In this document: positions 1 through 10,100 of the stretch, one piece after another
Layout: every line of letters begins with the position of its first letter
Numbering within the stretch: the first letter of the stretch is position 1
DNA from: Vitrella brassicaformis CCMP3155
Lineage: Eukaryota; Protista; Chromerida
DNA: 64,000 bases
NCBI GenBank assembly: GCA_001179505.1
Contig: CDMY01000153.1
Span: 1 to 64,000, forward strand
Reading direction: 5' to 3'
Made by a program: the position numbers and the translations under genes
Notes under the pieces: model-generated
What the model was told of the DNA's origin: nothing
What the model saw: only the letters and a program-made list of their open reading frames with translations
Database searches by the model: none

Positions 1-489
1 GGGGATGCAGTAGGTAGGTGCGCAACCTGTCTGTCTGTCTGTCTGTCCGTTCGAACAGGCAAAGGCACGTGCTTGAAGTGTCTTACGAGGCATTCCACAG
101 TGCTGGGGTCTTCGGCAGCGGCCAGCAGGCCGTGCTGGCGGCCCTCATGGGCCAGAAAGTTGGAGTCTACGTTGGGTGTATGCAGCAGGATTGGCTACTG
201 ATGCAGCACGAGGCATCCAGCCTCGCCGCGACCGGCAGCGCCTCATCGATCCTCTCCAACCGCATCAGCTACGTGTTCGGGCTCAAGGGGCCCTCCCTCA
301 CCATCGACACGGCCTGCTCCTCATCTCTCGTCGCCACGGACCTCGGCGCAAAGGCACTCATGCACACAGACGCTTGCAGACAAGGCGCACTCGTCGCCGG
401 CGTCAATCTCATGATGTCACAACACTCTTACGTAGCCGAGTGCAGGTAGGGACGACGAAAGAGGCAAAAGACCTTGTTGTTGCTGTCTC
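1..489 (+). repeat. Direct repeat of KS DNA including introns; second copy at 6874-7362 (and 881-1124 = 7663-7906)
   Basis: The sequences read identical at offset 6873, including the intronic (TGTC)n tract and intron 446-489. Confidence 0.95.
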
Positions 490-1170
490 ATTGTGACTTG
501 GTGTGACCGTGCATCTGCAGGGCTCAGATGCTGAGCATCGACGGCCGGTCCAAGACGTTTGACGCGAGTGCGAACGGTTACGTGCGTGGCGAAGGCGTGG
601 CGGCGGCGTTGCTTCAGCGGCTGGACCGTCCCGGCGAGGTGGAGCCTTTCGCGGTGATCCGTGGGAGCGCGAGCAACCACAACGCGATGAGTGCGTCCCT
701 GACGGCCCCCGCTGGCCCAGCGCAACAGCAAGTGATCCGCGAGGCTCTGAGGGAAGCCGACCTGTCGCCCAGCGCTCTGTCGTTTGCGGAGACGCACGGC
801 ACCGGGACACCTCTGGGCGATCCCATCGAGGTGTCGGCGCTCAAGAGCGTCTTCGGCGGGAAGCGGCCTGCTTGGTCGCCTCTGGTGCTGGGAGCTGTCA
901 AGACCAACATCGGCCACACCGAAGGGGCAGCAGGCATTGCCAGCCTCATCAAGGTCATCCTCACCTTGCGACACGGCTTGGCACCGCCAAACCTGCACCT
1001 CAAACAGCTCAATCCCTACATCGACTCGACGGGGGACTTCCCATTCGTCATGCCGGTCCAGGAGGGAGGAGGACTCAGGCTCAACACCACGGACGACACC
1101 TCACACACAGGCACACTCATCGGCAGTGCGTCGGCGTTCGGCTTCGGAGGGTCCAACGCGCACATCATCG
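59..1170 (+). other. PKS ketosynthase domain (first visible module)
   Basis: The Cys-His-His triad is intact: TIDTACSSSLVA, ETHGTGTPLGDPIE, KTNIGHTEGAAG; it ends with SAFGFGGSNAHIIVE. Confidence 0.95.
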
Positions 1171-4100
1171 TCGAGAGTCGCGTCGGACCGCTATCCCGAG
1201 GCATTCCAGGAAGTCACGCAGTGGAGCGAGCCCGCCCGCTTGTCACCTTTCTCTTCACTGGCCAGGGCGCCCAGTACGTCGAGATGGGCAAGGGCCTCTA
1301 TGAGACGGACGACGTGTTCCGAGTGAACCTGGATCGGTGCGCAGCTTTTGTGGACCCCCACCTGCCCCGGCCGATGCTTGGTCTCATGTACCCGAGCACC
1401 GAAGGAGAGCTGAGTGACACAGCAAGGGCGGAGCTTCAAGCAGTGCTGAACGAAACCCGCTACAGCCAGCCTGTGCTGTTCTCTCTGGACTATTCGCTGG
1501 CTCAGTCCTTGATCCATCGCGGTGTGTCACCCGACATGGTGATCGGTCACTCGCTCGGTGAGTACGTGGCTGCGACTGTTGCTGGTGTCATGTCGCTGGA
1601 AGTGGGCCTGTCCCTCGTCGTGGTCCGCGCGCGGCTCATGTACGACACCCCGCCTCAGGACGGTGTCATGGCAGCGCTCCTGGCCAGCGAGGACGAGGTG
1701 CTCAAGGGCATCAAGCAACTGAAGGACGGCGAGTCGTCATTCGACAGTCTGGCCGTCGCTGCCGTCAATGGCCCAAGAAAGGTGGTCGTGGCGGGCAAGC
1801 GATCAGAAGTGTCCACGCTTCTGAAAGCCCTGAAGGTCGACAAGGACGGCCACAAGATGCTCCCCGTGTCCCACGCCTTCCACTCACCTTTGCTGGGCTC
1901 GACGGTTCCACTCTTCCGCGACGCCATCCTCAACGAGCTCAGCACGACACCCCTGCAGGAGCCCTCCATCCCTTTGATCTCCACCGTCACGGGCAGGACA
2001 GCATCGGCGGGACAGCTGACGTCGGCCGACTACTGGGCCGAGCACATCACCAAGACTGTGAGGTTCATGGACGCCGTCAACAGCGCCATCAAGGCAGCCG
2101 AGGGAGGCCCGGGAGTGCAGTTCATCGAGGTTGGACCACAGCCGACGCTCATCAAGCTTGCGCGGAGCTTCCTCAAGGGTCATGCCTTGGACAAGGGCGT
2201 CACCTTGCTTGCACCTATGGACAAGAAGGGCGATGCCTCAGACCTTCTTGACTCCGTTGTCCGGACTGTCAAGGACTGGAAGTCGGCAAATGTGAAACAA
2301 GAGAAGAAAAAGGGGTGGCTTGACACGGACTACGACTGGAATCACCAGCCGCACTCCTGGCTACCATGCGGTGAGCAATACTATGGACAAGTGGACGACG
2401 GCGGGCCGTCTCATCCTCTCCTGGGCCGCCCCACTCGCGTGTCCTTCCCCTCTCCGTCTGGTGACGAGCGTCATAGCCACCGCTACGAGGCGACGTTTGA
2501 GCGTCGCGTCCGTCGGGACGTGTTGCGTATGCTGAAGGACCATGTGGTGTCTGGCGTGCCCATCATGCCGGCTGCCGCGTACATTGAGACAATCTGCGAG
2601 GCGGCCAGAAGCATGACCAAGACCGACGGCAGCTCCTCCCAAGAGGACGCATCGGTGTGTGTGCGGGGGATCGTGTTCGAGAAGCCGCTGAAGCTTTCCG
2701 ACGAGCTTCACTTGCACGTCACCGCCCGGCAGCAAGCTGGCCAGAACGGCGCGACGGTTATCACCCTCTGCTCGTCTTCCCTGGAGAGCAACAGCAGCGG
2801 CCCGCGGAAGGGCAAGCTCACCCAGCATGCCACAGGACGCCTCACGAGCGCTCAGCACTCTGTGAGCCCCTCAATGTGGTTTGTTGGGGTGGCAGCCGAC
2901 TCGGCCGCCGTGCATTCCTCCCATTCGCCGCACGTGGAGTCGGTCGATGCCTTGAAGGACCGGTGCCCGAAAGAGGTCGACGTTGAGACGCTCTACCAGG
3001 GGCTCAGGGACGCCGGGTTGTCTTACGGACCGGCGTTCCGCACCATCACCTGGCTTCGCGCCGGCGAGGGGGAAGTGCTGGCCTGCCTGCAAGAGCACGA
3101 CGGATGCATTGCTGCTTCATCGTCATCATCTATCGCCGGGACCTGGACGCTGCATCCAGCCGTCCTGGATGGAGCGCTGCAATCGGCCGCCGCGCTCTTG
3201 AGCGACGCCAAGGAGGACCACGACACTGCAGCAGCGGCACATGGTCCCCCCGCCCCCATGGTGCCTGTCAGAGTTGAGAAGGCTCTTGTGGTGGGAAGCA
3301 AGTCATCATCTCCCGCCTCGGCCATCTGCAGTCACGCCAGGCTCGTCAGCCGCGCCGCCCGAGCGGCTTCTCTCGACATCACTCTCACCGACATGGCCAC
3401 GGGAGACCTCCTCGCATCGCTCCAAGGAGTACAAGTCAGACAAATGGACGTGACGGCGCTCGTGCTTGCTACAGAGGAAACGGCGGAAATTGAGGACTCT
3501 CGTTACAAATCAGACGAGGCGTGCGCGTTGACGGATGAGGAGGCTGAGATGGACGCCGCTGGGATGGCGGCTCACGTTCGAGAGGTGGTGCTGGCCTCAG
3601 CCACGGAGGTCATGGGCGCGGCCGCCAGTCAACCGAGCAAAGAGGGCGGAGCTGCTGGTCCTGGNNNNNNNNNNNNNNNNNNNNNNNNNNNNNNNNNNNN
3701 NNNNNNNNNNNNNNNNNNNNNNNNNNNNNNNNNNNNNNNNNNNNNNNNNNNNNNNNNNNNNNNNNNNNNNNNNNNNNNNNNNNNNNNNNNNNNNNNNNNN
3801 NNNNNNNNNNNNNNNNNNNNNNNNNNNNNNNNNNNNNNNNNNNNNNNNNNNNNNNNNNNNNNNNNNNNNNNNNNNNNNNNNNNNNNNNNNNNNNNNNNNN
3901 NNNNNNNNNNNNNNNNNNNNNNNNNNNNNNNNNNNNNNNNNNNNNNNNNNNNNNNNNNNNNNNNGCGAGGGGGAAGTGCTGGCCTGCCTGCAAGAGCACG
4001 ACGGATGCATTGCTGCTTCATCGTCATCATCTATCGCCGGGACCTGGACGCTGCATCCAGCCGTCCTGGATGGAGCGCTGCAATCGGCCGCCGCGCTCTT

Positions 4101-7100
4101 GAGCGACGCCAAGGAGGACCACGACACTGCAGCAGCGGCACATGGTCCCCCCGCCCCCATGGTGCCTGTCAGAGTTGAGAAGGCTCTTGTGGTGGGAAGC
4201 AAGTCATCATCTCCCGCCTCGGCCATCTGCAGTCACGCCAGGCTCGTCAGCCGCGCCGCCCGAGCGGCTTCTCTCGACATCACTCTCACCGACATGGCCA
4301 CGGGAGACCTCCTCGCATCGCTCCAAGGAGTACAAGTCAGACAAATGGACGTGACGAGGTCTTCTGCGACAGCCCTGACGGACATGCTATGGGAGACCAA
4401 GTGGGAGGGACCCGTCGAGCGCGAGCAGAAGGAGGATGCCTCTGAGGAGCCTGCATGCCCGCGCCTTCTGCTTCTGGGCCTGACGCCTGAGTGGATCGCT
4501 AGGTTCGACGCATCTCGCGTTGGCCTGTTCGATGCCTCCCTGGTTCCGTTCGGTCACATCAGCAAGTACGGCACGGACGAGCTCAAGGCGATGTTGTCCG
4601 GCGCCACGAACAGTAGCCCGTGGGACGCCATCATTTACCTGGGCGGCGCGGACGACCAAGACCACGACCCATTGGCCGTGCTGGAGGAATGTCTAGCTCT
4701 GAGCCAGGCGCTTGACGGGATGGTGAGCCGCAAGAGGGGAAGCGAATCTCAGGACGTGGTCGCTCCCATGTGGCTCGTAACTCGCGGTGTCCACGCCATC
4801 AGTGGCGAGAGCGAGGCCGCAGCCGCCGCCCTCCCGCGTCATGCTGGCCTGTGGGGCTTTGCCAGGAGCGTGCGACTGGAATTGGCGGCCTCCTCTGGCC
4901 GGCTGGTGCCCTTCGGATGCGTCGATCTCGACTCAAGGGTGACCCTGGCGACAGACGCTGGCCGAGACGACGTACTCAAGGTACTTGTCTCGTCGGTCAT
5001 CAAGAGAGAGACAGGCGATATGATGGAGATTGCCCTTCGTCAACCGGGAGTAGATGGAGGGGACAAGCACGAGCTGTTCTACTCGCAGCTGGTCAAATCA
5101 ACTCTGAAGACCTACGTCGCCCACTCGGCCCTGGTGTCCGACAACGGCTGCTACGTCATTTCGGGCGGGCTGGGGTTCTTGGGTCTGCTGACAGCCAAGT
5201 GGCTGGCCGAGCAGGGCGCCAGGCACATTGTGCTGTTGTCTCGAAGGGGGCAGCCGACTCAGAGCGTATTGGACTCACCTCTCTGGGAGCTGCTGACGAC
5301 CGTCAAGGCATCTAAAGGGGTGGAGTTGGAGTGCATGGCCTGCGACGTGGCATCCTTGGACCAGTGCGAGGGCGTCGTCAAGGCAATGTCCTCGCGAGAT
5401 CTCACCATCAAGGGCTTCTTCCACTCCGCAGGGGTCCTGCACGATGCGCCTCTTGCCAAGCAAAGCCGGCAGACCATCGAGAGCGTCTTTCAGGCCAAGG
5501 TGAGTCACTCTCAGGTTGATCCATCCTGCAGTGACCCATCCTTGTGTCTGTCTGTGTGTGTGCCTGACTCTGGTTTGTATTCAGGTGGTGGGTGCGTGGA
5601 ACTTCCACTCGCTGCTTGACTCGTCGTCTCTGGACCACTTCGTCATGTACTCGTCTGTGGCAGCAGTCTTTGGCAACCTAGGCCAAGCCAACTACTCGGC
5701 CGCAAACGCATGCCTCGACGCCCTCGCGACCCATCGTCGGTCGCACGGCAAGCCCGCTGTGAGTATCCAGTGGGGCCCCTGGACTGAGGGAGGAATGGCG
5801 TCGCCACAGGTGATATCGCAGCTCGGCAAGGTGGGCATCAGGGGCCTGACAAATGAAGTGGGGTTGCAGCTCCTCGGTGACATCATGGCGGCAAGGGAAT
5901 CGGTCCGCACTGTGAGCTGCATCGGGGTGGAGTGGTCAAAATTCCTCTCATTGCGGCCCCCTGACAGCCAACGCTTCTTTGAGATCATCAAGAGACAACA
6001 TCCAGACGACAATGAGAGCCCCGGTGAAGAGGACGAGGCGTGCGCGTTGACCGATGAGGAGGCTGAGATGGACGCCGCTGGGATGGCGGCTCACGTTCGC
6101 GAGGTGGTGCTGGCCTCAGCCACGGAGGTCATGGGCGCGGCCGCCAGTCAACCGAGCAAAGAGGGCGGAGCTGCTGGTCCTGGCTCCTCCGATCAGCAGC
6201 AGAAGCAGCAGCAGCAGCAGCAGGAAGGGAGTCCGCCAGCTGCGCTGGGCGACGTGCCGTTCAACGACCTCGGGATTGACTCGCTGGGCCTGGTGGAGTT
6301 CCGAGACGCCGTGGCTCGCAAGCTGCGCGTCAAGCTGTCGGTCAGCCTGCTGTTCGATTACCCGACCATTAACGCGCTGATCGGGTACATCGTCGGCGAG
6401 AAGGTCGCCTTGCTGAGCAGGAGACGCTCGCCCAACAAGGCCGCCCCTGGCAGTGACACTCTCGCCGCCGCCTACCATGCTATTGGCCAGCGAGACCCAC
6501 CACCTCAGTCTCTGTCATCGGCGGGCGCCACCGTGAGCGCTGTGGGCGTCATGGGTCTCGCGTGCCGCTTCCCCGGCGGGGCCAACTCCTTGTCCACCTT
6601 CTGGGACGTGCTGCGGGAGGGGCGCAATTGCGTGACGACCATCCCCAGGGCGCGCTGGAACGCCGAGCTCTTCTACGATCCAGCTCCATTGGCCGACAGC
6701 AACACCCACTACACACGAGAGGGGGCATTCATCGACAAGGTGGAACTCTTCGACAATCAATTCTTCAAGATATCTCCAAGGGAGGCCAGGGCCATGGACC
6801 CCCAGTACGTAACGTAGCCATCCACAGACAGACAGACAGACAGACAGACAGGCAGATAGATAGATAGATAGATGGGGATGCAGTAGGTAGGTGCGCAACC
6901 TGTCTGTCTGTCTGTCTGTCCGTTCGAACAGGCAAAGGCACGTGCTTGAAGTGTCTTACGAGGCATTCCACAGTGCTGGGGTCTTCGGCAGCGGCCAGCA
7001 GGCCGTGCTGGCGGCCCTCATGGGCCAGAAAGTTGGAGTCTACGTTGGGTGTATGCAGCAGGATTGGCTACTGATGCAGCACGAGGCATCCAGCCTCGCC

Positions 7101-10100
7101 GCGACCGGCAGCGCCTCATCGATCCTCTCCAACCGCATCAGCTACGTGTTCGGGCTCAAGGGGCCCTCCCTCACCATCGACACGGCCTGCTCCTCATCTC
7201 TCGTCGCCACGGACCTCGGCGCAAAGGCACTCATGCACACAGACGCTTGCAGACAAGGCGCACTCGTCGCCGGCGTCAATCTCATGATGTCACAACACTC
7301 TTACGTAGCCGAGTGCAGGTAGGGACGACGAAAGAGGCAAAAGACCTTGTTGTTGCTGTCTCNNNNNNNNNNNNNNNNNNNNNNNNNNNNNNNNNNNNNN
7401 NNNNNNNNNNNNNNNNNNNNNNNNNNNNNNNNNNNNNNNNNNNNNNNNNNNNNNNNNNNNNNNNNNNNNNNNNNNNNNNNNNNNNNNNNNNNNNNNNNNN
7501 NNNNNNNNNNNNNNNNNNNNNNNNNNNNNNNNNNNNNNNNNNNNNNNNNNNNNNNNNNNNNNNNNNNNNNNNNNNNNNNNNNNNNNNNNNNNNNNNNNNN
7601 NNNNNNNNNNNNNNNNNNNNNNNNNNNNNNNNNNNNNNNNNNNNNNNNNNNNNNNNNNNNNNTCTGGTGCTGGGAGCTGTCAAGACCAACATCGGCCACA
7701 CCGAAGGGGCAGCAGGCATTGCCAGCCTCATCAAGGTCATCCTCACCTTGCGACACGGCTTGGCACCGCCAAACCTGCACCTCAAACAGCTCAATCCCTA
7801 CATCGACTCGACGGGGGACTTCCCATTCGTCATGCCGGTCCAGGAGGGAGGAGGACTCAGGCTCAACACCACGGACGACACCTCACACACAGGCACACTC
7901 ATCGGCGGATTGGGCTCCTTTGGTTTCGGAGGGTGCAATACTTACCTGATCATGGAGACTCGTATCGGTCCGGTATCCCGAGGGAAGGACAACGGAGAGG
8001 AGAAGGACTGGCTCTGCAACCCTGTGTCGTGGGATCATCGACCATTCGGGTGGGACATGGTTCAGCTAATGGTTGATGCCACTCAGTCGGCTCAGCGGAG
8101 ACTGAGCGAACACGGCCTCCTCGATGGTCAAGTATCCCAGCCCCTTGGTGAGGATGGGAAGGACATTGACCTCAAGACGATGAAGGAGGAGGATGTGTCA
8201 AAGCTGATGATTGAGTTGGTGGCGGATCTGTCGGGGCAAGAGGTCTCCGCTGAAACTCCCTTATTCGAGATGGGAATGGACTCCCGCGCCGTCATCGAGC
8301 TGCACGAGTCTGTGAGGAAAATGACGGGAATCGTCATGCCGCAGACCCTCCTCTTCGACAACCCCACCGTCACTACACTTGCCAAGTTCATCCTCGAGCA
8401 GGCGCACAACATGGACACCGCATCCATCGTCGACATCAGCTCCATCAGCACCACCCAGTCTCGGTCGCGCAAGCGGAGGGCCACTGACTTCGCCGTTGAT
8501 CCGCTCTATGACCTCGCCGACCTCAGGGCCAACCTCCGTATTGACTTGTCCATGACGGCTCCGGCCAAGCCGCCTCGAGACTACACCAATGTGCTGCTGA
8601 CTGGCGCAACAGGCATTGTGGGCCGCTTCCAGCTTGCCTCGCTGCTCGATCGCAATGTGGACGGCAAGAGACTCACCGTGCACTGCATCGTTCGCACCAA
8701 GAGCCGGAACGAGGGGCTCTCACGCATCAGGGCGGCCTGCGAGGAGGCCATGATCTGGAAGGACGAGTGGACAGCTCGGATTGTGGTGCTGCTGGGCGAC
8801 TTGAGCAAGGAGTTGTTCGGACTTGGCCAGGAGAGGTTTTCCACTCTCTGCGAGACCATGGACGCCATCTACCACACTGGAGCGAGTGTATCGCTGTACC
8901 AGGGGTATACTCGTGGGCGAGTGACTAACACACTTCCTCTGCTGCCCATGATCGAGCTGTGCACCACTCATCGCCTCAAGCCCCTCCACTTCACTTCCAC
9001 GCTCGCTATCTTCCCCGCCTTCACTGCCAACTTCACCAAGGAGTTTGCCGAGGAGGAGCTCGTGGAGGGCGCCGCGCCATCCATCCAGCACATGAAGAGG
9101 GTATTCCCACCCCAGCAGCAGGGCTACCCCTGGACTAAGTACGTGTGCGAGGAGCTGCTGAGGGAGGCACGTGACCAGGGGCTGCCGGTGACCATCTACA
9201 GGCTGCCCAACACCAACATGGCGATCTCGACTGGCTTCACAGGCATGTCCAACGTCGCCACGGCACTGATCGCCAGCTTCATCCAGGAGGGGTTCTTCCC
9301 GCGGGCCGCCAGCTGGGCCAACAACACACCCATCGACATGGCTGCTGACGTCATCGTCTCCCTTTCGCTCAAGGACGACAGAAAGCACTGGATGTACCAT
9401 GTCTGCAATCCCAGCGTCTTCACCGAGTAAGCAAGACACTCATTGAGTAGGCAGGAGTGTCACACAGATTGATGCAACAGCGTAATGGTTCGACATCAGG
9501 TCTCTGCTAAGAGAGTGGGCCCAAAGAGCAGGGATCATCCTGAGGCCTGTGAGCTTCGAGGACTTCACGGCGGCCATTAAGGCGAGGGGCCCCAAGTCGC
9601 CCATCTTCAACCATGTGCCCGTCATGCGGCACTGGCAGAAGTACTGGTACGAGGACCCCACATCGGACCGCACCGAGGTGCCCATCAGCACATCCAACAT
9701 GACGGAAGACATCGACGTCAGCTGGCCTGCCGCCGAGCAGCTCTGGAGAGCATCCCTGGTCTACCTGATGAGGCAAGAACTCCTGCCCAGCGACAGCAAG
9801 GCCATCGCCCTGGACCCACAGGTCCTGCTCGATATGGCTCGGGGGCAGACGGGACTCAGCCAGCTGGGGGGGTCGGTGGACGAGGAGGATGTGCTTGAGG
9901 CCTTTCGTGTCTTCATCCAGTCGGCCCTGGAGGAGAGCAGTAACATGTCCTTCCTGGGCAGGCTCTTGCTGAGCCACAGCATCCGCCAAAGACTCTGCAC
10001 CCTCCTCTACATGACTCACAGGGCCCACACCCACCCCGCCATCCGTTGTCAGCAGATCAAGCAGCCCCTTTTTGTCGTCGGTTTCGACAGAGCCTCAGTG

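Larger units (their letters stand above)
6540..7950 (+). other. PKS ketosynthase of the terminal module (interrupted by a 300-N gap)
   Basis: VGVMGLACRFPGG start, MDPQ|QR across intron 6805-6931, DTACSSS, GHTEG, ends GSFGFGGCNTYLIME. Confidence 0.92.

Noticed and set aside
6190-6225. CAG/poly-Gln tract in the PKS pre-ACP linker
   Set aside because: Short low-complexity linker; such tracts are common throughout this genome's coding regions.
8720-9439. Long antisense ORFs over the PKS (also 417-998, 2361-2858, 9507-10034 and others)
   Set aside because: These are shadow ORFs expected from GC-rich codon usage on the opposite strand, with no recognisable motifs.
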